DNA of 49,334 nt, counting the filler, from Streblomastix strix (Eukaryota), in the NCBI GenBank assembly GCA_008636045.1. It is 3 parts of 3 records of this genome, joined end to end, with 100 filler letters (N's around TTAATTAATTAA, not from the genome) between each part and the next. Parts side by side here need not be neighbours in the genome. Positions count along the whole stretch, not along the records: positions 16,487 to 32,868 come from SNRW01000824.1; positions 32,969 to 49,334 come from SNRW01000825.1; 1 more part is not named here. One strand, 5' to 3'. Under the pieces are notes generated by a model. The model was not told the origin of the DNA, searched no databases, and saw only the letters and a program-made list of their open reading frames with translations. Each line of letters starts with the position of its first letter. Position 1 is the stretch's first letter. This document shows positions 29,312-46,440 of the stretch, one piece after another. The position numbers were made by a program, and so were the translations under genes.

Positions 29312-31147
29312 CTTGAGATTATATTTCTGGATAATATAAAATATATATAAATTAATAAAAATGTATGATAATAATCAAATTTTAACAAAATTTTATAATA
29401 TAAATAGGAATTTAATTAGATGAATACAAATAATGGAACTTGAGCGTTAAATTAAAATTCTTCTTGATTCATTTAGACAATAGTATTAATTCAAATTAAA
29501 ATCATATTATTTTAAATTTAATAAGAATTAATTAATAAAGTATTATAAACTTTATTATCTCTAACAAATATATTTTGCAATTTAAGTTTAAAAATTTATC
29601 TGAGGTAAGTTTGGAATGTTCAAGATTTCGATTTAGTTAAATTTGAGAGAAATAGTCTAGAATTTAACATTAAATTGAAATCACTGCTAAATTACTAAAT
29701 ATAATATTCTTATTTTTTGAAGTATGGGTTCATCGTTCTTTTTGAAATTTTTTATGAAGAGAAAAATATTAATAATTATTTTTTATAAATATTTAAAAGA
29801 TTAGTTTCGAAAGTTTTGACAATTTAGGTATATTATATTCTACTCGATCAAATTAAAAAAAAAATTTTTTTTAGATAATACTTTTGAATCTTCATTAATC
29901 TAATTAAATTAATAAAAAAGATATAACTGTTTGTTAAAGTTGTAAAATATGATTTATTTAACATAAACTGTTATAGCTATAATGATATACACAATCAGAT
30001 TAAAATTATTAAAAGATATAAATAAAATATTTAAACAGAACTTAAACACTGAAATATAGTTGTTATACTCTCAAAAAGTTTATTCATTTCTTTTTTAAAT
30101 TGAGCCATGATGTATCATATTTATGATTTACACAAAGTTAGTATACTGTTCCTTTTATTGGAGCCTGAATCTAATCCATGCTCTAGAAATCTAAATCATT
30201 AGCTAGATCTATGGAAGTTTTAGATATTTAAGGTTGTGTTTATTGTAGATCAGAACCAATTTATCTCAAGGCAAATGACAAGGAACAATTTTATAGTTAG
30301 TACTAATGATCTTTTATATATATAAATAATTGAAAAATTACTAACAGTAAGATATTAATCAATTTATATACCTAAATTCAGACAATTTATTAATGAGAGT
30401 GTTTTTTCAATGATACATGTTGTTAAAGATGGTCTGTTCAATAGATTAGCAAAGTGTATTGAAGTCAACTGTGAAACTATTTAAATTCTTGAATTTTGAT
30501 CTTTTTATGCCTGTAATAAAAGAAAATTTACACTCTACTCGATTTATTAGTTACCAACATAGTGATTTCCTTACAATATCTCGATCGCTTCCGGAATCTA
30601 AAATTAACAAAAACAACAGATTAAAATTTATTGATTTAAAATATTTTTTTTTAATAAAAGATATTATATACTGTTTGTATCTTTATTTTTTCCATCACAA
30701 TATTCTACACCAAAATATATATGTATAAAAAAGCCAATAATTGCAAAGATAAAAACAAAATTAATAAAAAAAATTGGAATTAAATATATGACCTGGATGT
30801 AGCATTATAACTTATACGATTCAATAATTTGAGTAAAAATTTTCATTATTATATTGATATTTAAAATATTTATGTTATATATAAACCGGTTAGAATATAT
30901 TTACAAATAATTTATTTTTTCAAATCAACTCAAAGCGGCTGGTTTAAAGCATTGCATTAAAATAATAATGATTAATTGGCATAACAAATTATATTACTTA
31001 AAATAAATTTATATGTTAATTGTAAAAATATTTATTTTCAATAGTTTTTTTTTTATTTATTTTATTCAATTTAGCATTCCTTGCAAACCATTCTTCGGTA
31101 ATTAAGAATTGAAATAAGTATTAAATATTTATTTTTGTACTTTTAGG

Positions 31148-32868
<1,721 letters not shown>

Positions 32869-32968
32869 NNNNNNNNNNNNNNNNNNNNNNNNNNNNNNNN
32901 NNNNNNNNNNNNTTAATTAATTAANNNNNNNNNNNNNNNNNNNNNNNNNNNNNNNNNNNNNNNNNNNN
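32869..32968. other. Artificial contig linker (N44-TTAATTAATTAA-N44)
   Basis: Same spacer as 16387-16486. Confidence 0.97.
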
Positions 32969-32991
32969 TGATTTTTACTTATATTTATATC

Positions 32992-33567
32992 GATGATTTT
33001 GATGATTGGATGAATGAACAAGAATACGATTATGAACAGTTTGAAAAAGATCCTCGTTGGACTGGTGAACAAACTTAAATAGAAAATGAAGATAAACAAA
33101 CAATTACTGATTAAACAATTTCCAATTAAATTCAAAATGAATAATAACATTCACACTCACATAATCATCGATATAAATATAAGTAAAAATCATTGAGTTA
33201 TTCAATTCTCAGAATGTGCGAAGATCCTTATTTGAGAATGTTTATTCTCAGGCACACACTGTGGAACGCGATTTTGCACAAACACATGGCGTATAAGGAC
33301 TTTGCTCGATTAGATGCCAAACGATAAGGAATTATAACAAATAAAAGAAATACTCCAACTGGTACAAATAATAATGAAAACTTATCAGATGATGAATATG
33401 AAGAAGATGAAGATGAAGATGAAGATTACGAAGACGCATCGAATGTCTTTCCAAGCATCAGTCCGTCACTTCCCAAATGGTGGCTGAATCACCCAGTGTG
33501 GAAAAGACTGGTCGAAGAAATCGCCAAAATTCTGCATGTGCGCAGAATATACACTAACCCATTTTGA
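32992..33567 (+). CDS. SCAI: 3' end of a SCAI-family protein (5' truncated)
   Basis: EDPYLRMFILRHTLWNAILHKH..VFPSISPSLP..NHPVWKRLVEEIAKILHVRRIY matches the SCAI C-terminal pattern D.FLR....R........H...YP...P.LP......P........LA..L.V. Ends in TGA. Confidence 0.65.
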
Positions 33568-34185
33568 GTTTTGATTTGACCAGTGGATAAATGAGTGTTG
33601 AGTTGATTTAGAGCTTGAATATCAATTTCATATCTTATCTGTGCTGTTTTGTTTGATCTGAAATTGTTATTTTTCTTTCGTTTTCTTGCTATTTTACTGT
33701 TAATTGCACATTTCACACTTTTTTTATTTTATTCCTAGCGCTGTCCCCAGATAGTTATGTATGCTCAATCATTAACAACGTATTTTAACATCTATATAGC
33801 ACCTTTATATTCTTATGTCAATAGATTATCTTAATGTAGTGTTGTATGCACAATTAAGTACTAATAAAACAAAACAAACTAAAAATTTCACTTTATTTGC
33901 TTTAATTATGATGATTTATTGTGTATTTGCTATTAAAAATAAATTATTTATTGTGAACATTCGAAAAATTAAATAAAATTATGTAAGTGCTAGTGTGCGT
34001 GTACGTGAAAGTGGAGTGAATAATGAAATATGACATACAATAGACGGAGTAAGAAAGGAGCGCTCAAATGTAAATGTATAGTGAATAAATGCAAATGCAG
34101 AGATTCAGCCAGATATATAACATATATGATTAATAATACTACATATCAATGCATAGTTTTGCTATGGTTAGTAGTACTATTAGTA

Positions 34186-35683
<1,498 letters not shown>

Positions 35684-37281
35684 TTGCACACTAGTGATCC
35701 AAGTTAAATTGGAAAAAAACTGAGATAAAAATAATTCATAAAATTATATTTAAGATATAAAATAATGAAAAAAAATGGAAATAAAATAAAATCTAAAATA
35801 TATGAATCAATCCCGTTAATTGGTAAATTGAATATATGTTTGCACTATAAATATTTAAAGTAAAAGTGCAGATTTAATATAATCTAAATTTTAGATATTG
35901 GAATAAAATAACAATATGTAAGAAAATATATCAGTAAAAAATTTAAAACTTTAGAGTGTGTTTAGGAATAAGAGTGTTATTTAATTGTAAAAGCGAAGTA
36001 AATAAAAAATGTAAATTATAAAAATGAATAAAATTTAAAAAAGAAATATAATTATTAATTTATAACTATGATAATATATGGAAAATAGTATTAGAATCGA
36101 ATTTGTCAATTACAGCAGATAAATTAATCGCATAAAGTATATCATTAGTATTACTTATTATTTTATCACTATTATTTGAAAATATCAGAAACAATTGTGC
36201 AGATTACGTTTTTTCAATCACGATCTGGCTCATAGAAAAATTTTAGAAATTTTTGCTTTTTAATTTCAAATAGAATTTTATCACTATCAAGAAATATTTT
36301 ACTAAAATATTATTAAAATTGTATTATTACCGGTTCTATTAAAGAGAATAATATACTAATTTAACATTAACCTTTTAATAAAATAAAAGATAACTCGATT
36401 TGATTTTTTTATTTATTTTACCTATAACTTTTCACAGGCTTATTATCGATAGCAATAATTTAAGAAAATATTCAAATTAATTAATGATATTTGATTATTA
36501 ATATTCAATCTTAATAGTGACAATATTTTTATCAATCAATTCTTTAAAAAAAAGAATTTATAGCAATAAGGTGTTCTTAATTAAAATTTGTTAATTAAAT
36601 TTATAAAAATAAATATTCAATTAAATACATTTAATAAAAATCTCTTTAATTTTAAGAAATTTTATTAAATTATTAATTTTTTATATTTATTATTTATTAT
36701 TTACAAAATTGTTATTATTGAATTTTAATAAATAAATTTATATATAATTTTAATAAAAATTTTTGCGATGAACATGTACCACTAAATAATTTTATTCGTT
36801 CATTTTCTACGTATTCGTCATTATATCTTGTGGATATGTACATATTTGTTGATCATTTATATGTATATATTAATAATTTTATGTTTAACAAATGAAATAC
36901 CTACAAATACGTTTGATAATACTGTATCTAAATTACTCACTTATCTTTTTAGTAATTATCATAAATTAAACATATTAATAGTTTTTTTTTTATGTTTTAA
37001 ATGTAAATTAATAAGATTACATATATTTTTAACTATCTTGCCACTTGAAAACTGGATAATAAATAATTATAATTTACTTACTCTCTACGACAGAATATAA
37101 TCTTTTTGTATCTTATTGATTTTCTAAGTTAATGTGCCGTTATTAATCAAGCCTAAATTATGTGATGAATAATATATTAACCTCTTATAACCTGTAAATT
37201 AACCATATATAAAATTTCAAATCTAAAAAACTTTTGATTCAACCAAACATTTTATATTATTATTTTACTTCACCTTAGAAA

Positions 37282-40200
37282 ATGTCTGAGGGTGATCCAG
37301 GTGATCTTCCAGAAGGATGGAACCAGCGTAAAGATCCACAGTCTGGGAGAACATATTGTATGAAAATATTTATTTGTTAGTTTTTTTAAATTTCTATATG
37401 CATAATTCATAATTTTATATCATTCTGATTTATTTATTCTTCCTGTTATATCATGCATAGATTTTAATAAAACCACTAAGGAAAGAACATGGAATAAACC
37501 AGTAAAATAACAGGCAGGGACTTAAGAAGGTATTTTTTTTTTTCTTTATTTAAAATCCTATTTATTTATTTAGATAAATGTTTTGCAATTTTCCTTAAAT
37601 TAATTTTTTTATTTATTGTTATATTCTCCCAGTACATCCAGAAAGTGAACCTGCAGCCGATCTTCCTGAAGGTTGGAAAGAGCGTGTAGATGAAAAGTCA
37701 AAAAGAAAATATTGTACGATTTTTATTAAATTTATCTCTTTTATTCACTAATTCAATATTATTTAAATTATATGAATTTTTCCTTTTAAAATTCATTATT
37801 TATATTTATATATTATTCTAATATAACTGTATACAGATTCTAATCCATCTACTTCAGAGAAAACTTGGGAGAAACCGCCTTCATCCAAAGATCTGCCTTC
37901 TGGATGGGAAGGTTTGATTTTAACATTTGTTATATATTAATTGGTTATTATTTGGTTTAATTTTGATTTTCTAATTTTGTTTAATTTTTTAATAATTATT
38001 TTTGCATAATTTTTATTTAATTTTTAAATTAACTCCTATTCTATTAATTTTAAATATATATTAATATTTTCTAATTATTACATATATCCACCAGTAAGCT
38101 ACGACAAAAGCACACGCAAGTGGTTCTACAACAACAAGAGTCTGAAGATACAACAAGCTGAGCGCCCGACTCAAGTAGACTTTGATGATCTTAAAGGAAA
38201 GAATATTATGGAAGGATTGGTTGTAGGATTGAGTAATAACTAATAATAATAGGCTGTTAAAATATCTGATGCGAAAGAAGAGAAATAGAAAGAACCGAAT
38301 GAGAAGAAAGATCAGGAATAATAACCTATTAAAAGTGATGATCAAGGTATTTGATGTATATATTTTATATTATTGCATTTTTATTAATTCATTTTGTTTG
38401 CTGTATTCGTTTATTCATTATTTCTCTATTTATATCTTAATTTAATACCATACATAATATTCAAAATACATCAGAAACACATGAAGAAGACCAAACCAAT
38501 GCAAATGCATAACCCAGCACTAAAACCAATTCCAATCCATTATACCAACTGAAATCTTCATCGCAAACCAACATCTTCAAAGACTCGTCTGCTGATGCAT
38601 CACAGATCAAACATACTTCATCTTTCTCTGGGTAATAATAAGGATAAGGAACTGGATCAATAATTGGACAATCCAGAACTCATCAATCTGTGAAATTAAT
38701 GCCGCCTCCTCCTCCACCAGCTGATCCAAATAGGAAATTAACATTGAATACAGATGAACAGATGCAGTAAAAGAAATAGGAAGAATTAAATAAGAAAAAT
38801 GATGAGAAAGAAAAAGATGTAAATAAAGAAAAAGAAAAAGATGATTTAAAACCATCCAAGATTACATCTGGAGCTTCTTCAAATATTCCAATCTCACCAG
38901 CAATTAAGAAACCGCCGATTTAAGTCTCTGAAGAAACAGGGCCAGGAATTGTGATCAAGAAACTTCCACCGAGTTTGTAAGAAGAGATACATAGGTTTGA
39001 CAAGACAACTTTCGTTTAGGAGCATTTCAGGAAATACACGAAAGGCTTCTTCCATAAAGTTCAAGTTCCACCTGATGAAGTGATGCAGATGTAATCAGGA
39101 TCTCTGAAACAACCGATCTTGATTTAGATAACAAAAGAAAAGCAAAAATAAGTTTTGAATAACTTTGATAACATTCTGATATATCAAGGTCTGAAAGGGA
39201 ACATCAAATTCGAACAGATCTAAGGAACAGCTGAACAAGAAAAGAAGAGAGACAAACAAATGACTCAAATTGCACATCAAATTGTGAACCTTGGATAATT
39301 GAATGAGAATTTCCGGAATGAGATCTTCTGCTAGTTGATCAAATAGACAACAGTTGGTTCACAAACTGAGAAAGAGCTGAAATTGAATATACTTTAAGAT
39401 GCACTTCGCCGAGGTTGGCAGCTGATTATGCTCTGCTGTGAGACTTTTGCGCCACAAACGAACTTTGAGAGTGTTCTTCTAGCTCACATCGAGAAAGCTA
39501 TGGATGCAGGTCACATCTCAACAGAAGGAACACAATCGACAGTTCAAGAGGAGATATCCATGTTTGCAACATACTCACTGAACAAACTTCTGACAACAGT
39601 TCGTTTTGGCGGAATCTTGAAAGTGGACGAGAAGAAAATATCAGACATTAAACAGATAACTCGAATCAGGAGAGTATTTGACTGTTCATTGGCTGATATT
39701 ATGCTTCGACAATCAACGCTTGCAGCTCCAGAAAAGGATTTCTTAGTTCCAACTGTGTTGCTTTTCCTAATCAACAGACTTCAACAGACTAATGGACTGA
39801 AAACTGAAGGAATATTCCGCAAATGTGTGACAATTGATGAAACAGAGAATGCGATTGCTCTTCTTAACTTAGGAGACTATGGAAACCAATTCTTCAGAAG
39901 CCAAAACAATCCGCATGCATATGCAGTGCTTCTCAAGAACTGGCTGAAAAGATTGGAAGAACCTATTATACCATTCATGCTTTATGAGAAAGCATTAGAT
40001 ACACTTCGTCCGCCTGGTTAAGATGGGACGAGTCAAGAACGTGTTAGTCCATGCGAGTTTATAAATACAAAACTACCACTGGCTAATATCCTTACACTGA
40101 AATGCCTTTCGAGGTTCCTGAAGAAGGTCTATGCAGAAGAGAATGTCAGAACCAATCTGATGGCTGTGCAGAATGTCGCTTTAATCTTCGCACCAACGCT

Positions 40201-40369
40201 GATCAAGTCAAAGTCTGAAGATCCATCAGTTATGGCTAAGAACTTGAGATTGGAGATATCATTCATAATGACAGTGATACTGGAGATTGGGAATTTGACC
40301 AGGGATGAGGAATCTAAGATCGCCGAAGCTGAGAAGTGGGTCCTGGATAACTATTGTAAGCCACGTTGA
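37282..40369 (+). CDS. ARHGAP39: WW-WW-WW / MyTH4 / RhoGAP protein (ARHGAP39/Vilse-like), multi-exon
   Basis: WW repeats (LPEGW..Y..TWxKP), MyTH4 (RNEIFCQLIKQTT..RGWQLIMLCCETFAP) and RhoGAP (VPTVL..GLKTEGIFR..LLKNWLKRLEEPIIP..NLMAVQNVALIFAPTL). Ends in TGA. Confidence 0.85.
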
Positions 40370-40789
40370 TGAAATATATTACTAATTATAGATTGATATC
40401 TATGAGGAATAATGCTCTAATATAACAATGCAACACTGAATTGTTGCATTTATTTATAAATCATAACTGTCATTCTTTTACTCTAACCTCGCTATAATCA
40501 TTTCGTATATTATATTCGATGTTGTCTTATTTTAAGTTGATATTAATATAATAAATATGAAAATAAAATGGTAATAAATAAATTCAAATTTTTCAAGTGC
40601 TTCAACCTTTAATTTAGTCAGCTAATAAAATAAAGATCAATCCGAATCATATTGGATTTGCCTTATAGGCTTTATTGCGAATAGACTAACCTCTGATTTG
40701 CAAATAAATAGAAAAGTAGCAGATTATTGTTAAAAAAGACAATTCAAAATAAAAACTGGTGTAGTGAATCTTAAAAAATCTAAAGGAGG

Positions 40790-41860
40790 TCTTTGCATGA
40801 ATAACTTGATACTCCTTGATAAATACAAATGAGCTGACTATATGCACCAAGTTATTGTAGCTTTCAGCTCATATATGATGTGCTATCTGTTCAAAAAGAA
40901 CAATGCAAGAATTGGAAGTACCACAGCTGCTGTAATCATGCTCAAAGTCAAATGAACTTATCTGGATGCACAGATATCATCTTCTGTTTCAGTCCTTGGA
41001 TCTGCATCCCATTTGGCTTTGTCAGTCTTATCTGGACATTGGCAGTCTTCTTTTGGTGTTTCCTTTTTGAGTGTTGTGCAATCAGCAGTTGAAGGTTTCT
41101 TGTCTTCCTCACATTTAGCTTTGGTACTATCTCCTTCTTATACAGCAGGACACTTACAATCAGCTGTTAATAAATTCTTCCCTGTTCAAGTAATTCAAAT
41201 TGTTCTTTCATCTTCAACAATGCATGCACACTATTCTTCAGTCTTATCTGTGTGGTCAGCAAATTCTCCTGAACATTCTGGGAGATTTGGTTTTGTATCA
41301 CAATCTGCTGGAGGTGGAATAACTCCTTTATCTTAATCACATTATGCTTTGGTATAATCCCCTTCTGCTACTGTAGGACATTTGCATTCTGAAGATGGTT
41401 GATTCTTCCCTGTGCAAGTCTTACAAAATGGTCTTGTATCATCAATACTACTGCATGGACACTACTCTTCAGTCTTACCTGTGCAGTCACTTGGTGGTGG
41501 AATAACTGAAGTATCGCTGCCATCAACACTTGCAAATACAAATCCCTCCAAATCAGTCGCAGAAGAGTCAATATCTTTTGTATTCAATATATACCCACCT
41601 GTTTAATCTGACAATACAGCAGTTACCCAATTTGTTCCTTCCCATCCTATAATCGCCATGATAAATTGGCCCAAATTTGATCAATGCTTCTTTAACTGCT
41701 TCAATATCACCAAAGAATATAGTCTCTTTATATACAATAAGTTATTTCTCGTATTTATCTCAAGATTCAGAACATTCAGTTGTACTATCTGTAATAACTG
41801 TATTGGGGATGCAATCTAATCCTACTACTCTATATTTTTGAACTCCAAATGAAATTGGCT
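40790..41860 (-). pseudogene. Remnant of a Cys-rich repeat surface protein preceded by a papain-like fragment
   Basis: KEALIKFGPI..AIIGWEG.NW followed by repeats such as KTEEQCPC..CKTCTGKNQPSSECKCP. In-frame TGA codons fall at expected Cys positions near 41190-41200. Confidence 0.5.
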
Positions 41861-43539
41861 ATAAATAAAAATTAGAATGGATTTGAGTTCAAAGGCGAAC
41901 CAAGAGGCAGATGTCGGGGAGCGTTTAGAGGGAAGGACTAGAACTATTAAGGAAGAGGATAAAGCTACTAGGATAGAGACCAGCCATTTAAAGAAAGATA
42001 TAGAGAAGTGTAAAAATATTACCCATACAAAAAGTAAAGTTTCAATAAGACTAAGAATCCACTAAATTGGAATATAACATATTAATATATTAATAGAAAT
42101 ATAGGAGAAGGCTGAGATGATAACCTAAATGACGAGTAGACAAAACACACACAGATGCAGAATGACCCAGAGAACCATAGCTATAGAGACTCAACCTGGA
42201 CAGAAGATGAGATCCTTTACCAAAATATAACAGCACCATAACCTAAACAGCCTGCTACTCCAACATAACGAATATAATTAGTTCAAATATAACCTAAATA
42301 ACAAACAACAGTTCAAATCCCAAGATATAGAGGTCGAAAAGATGTGCTGCCAAAAAAAGACAACATTGATGAATAAGAGATATTACAAGAGAAGTTAGCC
42401 GCACTATAGAAAGAGAAAGAATAATATGGTCTATGTGACTCAGAAAACGATTGATAACAGGTTGTTGGAGGAATAATTAATTATAATTCCCAAATATCTA
42501 AATAAGTCTAATAATAATAACAATAAAAAATGAATTAATAATAAGTCTTGAACTAAAAAGCAAAATAACAAATTCAATATTAGATTACTGACATTAACAC
42601 TTAATAAAAGATAGCTTCACCAGTGCCAAGGATGTTTAGTACAGGACTGAACAAGGACAAACCAAGTAGCTGAGCACAAAGACCCGAAACACCAACTTAA
42701 AAAACTACTCATAGAAGGAGAGTTAAATAAAGATAAAAGAAATCAGAGAGAAAAACAAAGAAACCATAAGCAAGTCAATAACCTAAACAACAAGGAAACA
42801 ATGATCACAACAACATGAATGCTGATATATCTGATATTCAGGGAACTGTTGGACAACCAACTGGTTTGTAACCGAGTTCTTGTGTTTAGAGCCAAAACTT
42901 ATGTGCTGGGTTGAGGCAAAAAGAAACGGGATCAATATCAGCCTGTAATAGGGAAAGAACAGATCCATAAATAAATGAAGGCTAAGAGGATAATGCAGAA
43001 GAGGAAGAAGACGAATAAACCGATGAAGCAGCACTAATCCAAAACAAAGACTATAGAGTTAATATAATCTTATATCTCCAAGATTATGCGATTCAGGGTA
43101 AATAACCATAAAATAATCAAGGCTTAAATACTTTGAGTTAAATGGAAAAAGATGATTCAGACCCTACTCCAGCTGGAATACAGAAGAAACCTAAGAAAGG
43201 AAGAGGAAGTAAAAAGACAAAAACAAAAGGCTTATGTGCTTCCAATGAGTCATGCAAGGGCTACAACGTCAAAACTTAAACTAAAACAGCTTCAAAAGTT
43301 CCAAAACCTAAGGCTACGCGCATTAAAGGCTGGAAAAAAGCCGAATTGGTTAGATACGAACCAAAAAACTCTAACGATGAGGATGAATGGGAGTAGAGTC
43401 CCTGTTCAGGCAGGGACACTCCAACCAAGGGAGATCAGCATTGAGATTTCCATCTGGTACAAAGATGAGGAGCGCGCTGATGAGGACGGCTCCTCAGGAG
43501 ACGGAGTAAAGGATTGGAGAATTGATATATAAAGAAAAA

Positions 43540-45450
43540 GAGAATGGAATGGAGGGAAAGACTAAAAGATTTATATAAGCATGGAAATAGATATGGAAAG
43601 AAGATTTCATTATCATCTGATTTTATCTGAGATTTAAAGATTAAAACAGTTAATAAACATTAGAAGAGAATAAAATGATGTATCCATTTAGGGTAACATA
43701 AGAAGAGAAAGAAATTAACTAAAATATGTTGAAGTAAGAATTAGAAGAAGCAATACTGAAACCAATTTAATTGAACCAAATGAAATGGTAGAACCATACA
43801 TTCCGGATAAAGAAAACGAATAGAACATGGAGAAAGATTCTAGTTGCGAGTAAATTGAATAAAGAAATAGAAAAACTACATTTCAAAGTGCATGAACTAG
43901 AAGAAGTCCAATGATTAGCCAATTAAATAGATTATGCAACACCCTCGACCTCAAATCAGTATTTGACCACATCACAGTATCTCTAAACCCAATACCATAT
44001 ATAGCATTTAATTTTAATAACAACAATTACGCAAATAAAGCAATGCTTGTTGGGACTAAATATAGTCCAATTTTCTTCATTGAAGCAATAGAATCAATCT
44101 TTAGACTAATTTGAATACATTCACAAGTCAAAGTACTTAACTTTTGCGACAACATATATCTAATATTCTAAGACAAATAAATACTTAAAATATAAACAAA
44201 AAAAATAATGAAAACATAGAACAATTTGGATGGACAATTTCATCAGACAAATGCGAATCAGAACCGAAATAGATAATTATATTCATGGAATGGATATGGA
44301 ACCTGAAGGAAATGAATACATGAATGTCGGAAGACAGAAAATCAAAGATGATTCAGGTATTGAAGGAATGGTGCAATGCAATATATAAGAATAAAAGCGT
44401 AAAGATAAGATAACTGGCAGCGCTGATAGGTGGATTGAACTTCCTAAGACCTTCGATAAAAGATGCGTGTCTATATCTAATGGAGTTGGATAATGCGAAG
44501 ACATAAGCATTAAAAACAAAATCGTGGGACGAGAAAACGATAGTTATCAAAGAATTACCCAGAGAACTAAAAAGGTGGACAAGGAGAATAGGGGTAAACA
44601 AACTAGAGTCATTAACTAACAAAACAATAACATGCACGTTAACAACAAAAGCATAACCATAGGGCTGGGAGCAGCATTGATGAACGAAAATCAAACAGAA
44701 TTAATGCAACATGACTGCTGGAGCGAAGAAGAAGCAGAAATGACAAGTAACGCTAAGGAAGTTAAAGCTCTTTATTACGGGCTACTCCGTTTCGAGCATG
44801 TATTCAAGAAGATGCAAGATCGGGCAGTCCTAATATGTTCAGACAACACAATAACAGTCTACGATATTGGGAAATAGAAAGCGAAGGAATCTCTGATAGA
44901 AAGAATAAAACAAGTATTTTACCTATTGAAAAGACTTATACAACAAATTACAACAATCCACATCCCAGGAAAACTGAACTCAACAACTGATTCACTCTCG
45001 AGACTATGCAGATCGGGAGATTACACACTGAAGGATACAATGATTTAAGCGGTCTGCAAGACATGGGATTACATGCCGGAGATAGATATATTCGCAACAC
45101 AATATATTAAACTAATCAACAACTATGTTATATTGGATCTCAACTATCTGGAGACACACATCCATAACGCGTTCAAGTATAAATGGAGCAAGGTCAAATT
45201 ATACATCCATCCACCAAAACTAGTATTAAATAGGATATTACAGAAAATGAAGTAGAACAAAGCGCAGGGAATATTAATGGCACCGATATGGCCGGGACAA
45301 TCGTGGTACACTAATCTGAAGAAGTTATGAATTAAGTTTCTTTTCATTGGATCATCAAAGAGAATTTTGGAGATGGGACAGAAAATGAAAGATAATGATC
45401 AAAAGCTTCCACTAAGCAATGTGGTCACCTTCCTTCTGGACATGTCACAG
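43540..45450 (+). pseudogene. DIRS pol: reverse transcriptase, RNase H and DNA N6-adenine methyltransferase-like domain
   Basis: RT: TLDLKSVFDHI, MLVGTKYSPIFF and VLNFCDNI (decayed YxDD). RNase H: SNAKEVKA, ICSDN and HIPGKLNSTTDSLSR. MTase: IDIFAT..YIHPP..APIWPGQSWY. Contains frameshifts and TGA stops. Confidence 0.88.
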
Positions 45451-45479
45451 ACATTATGAGACACTTACTAATAAAGATG

Positions 45480-46440
45480 AATAAAGATGAGAGGATTTTC
45501 TGAAGAAGGAGTTAACTTATTATTTATAGGCTAAAGGTTTAATGCAGTTAAAAGAGATTTAAACTCCTTAGTATTACTACAGGATTGGTTAGATATTGAA
45601 AGAATTATAATAGAAGAAATGACGAAAAGAGATGCGGAAGTAATATTAACAGAAATAATCGCTCGCCATACAAGATAGAATAACTCAGTCGCATCAGCTA
45701 AGCCATATAAATCATGCCTAGCTACAATGCTATTTCTTATACATAAAGAGAACCTAGCATCTTCAACAACCTCAAACCTAATCAACAATGCATTATCTAA
45801 TGCAACAATCTCAAACTAAAAATATCAAAACATTTGGAATATCCAAATACTATTTAACCATTGGAGATAATCAAAGCAAAACAAATATTTAAACAATTAT
45901 GACTTACAAGTAAAGATAGCTTCCTTACTGATGTCAATATGCTTCTTCAGACCAAATGAAATTGCTGGAATATCACTGAAGTTCTCTAATGTTCAAAACC
46001 GGAAAATCTAGCATCACCAAGATTAGCACCAAAAGAAGCAAATGCAATAGAAACATACGAAGTACACGAAACAGAAAGCAAAAAAACATGTCGGAAACTT
46101 GCAATATATGAATGAATTGATAGATTATAGAAACAACTTCCGAATGATACAGATTCTTTATTGTGGTATATGAGTTTTAATAGACCAAGACCTACAAAAG
46201 ACATCAGTATACAGCTTACAAAACTATTGAGTGAACTGAAGATAATAAAAGCATCAGCGTATTCAATACGGCATTCAACAACAACCGAATTAATAAAGCT
46301 AGGCATCTCTGAAGGAGATCTGGCAATTTTTACACATCACTCTTAAAACTCATGTACTGTTCAACAATACTATATTATCGCATCATTAACAGGAACAAAT
46401 CACATAGCTAGGTAATTAACGAGTAATCTAGGCCAAGATA
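45480..46440 (+). pseudogene. DIRS tyrosine recombinase
   Basis: CFFRPNEI (catalytic Arg box), AYSIRHSTTT (HxxR-equivalent box) and HHSQNSCTVQQYY (catalytic Tyr). Frameshift near 45990 and TGA at 46113. Confidence 0.85.

Noticed and set aside
30100..30500. Possible Tc1/mariner transposase C-terminal remnant (..FNRLAKCIEVNCE)
   Set aside because: Too degenerate; no DDE motif or TIRs could be confirmed.
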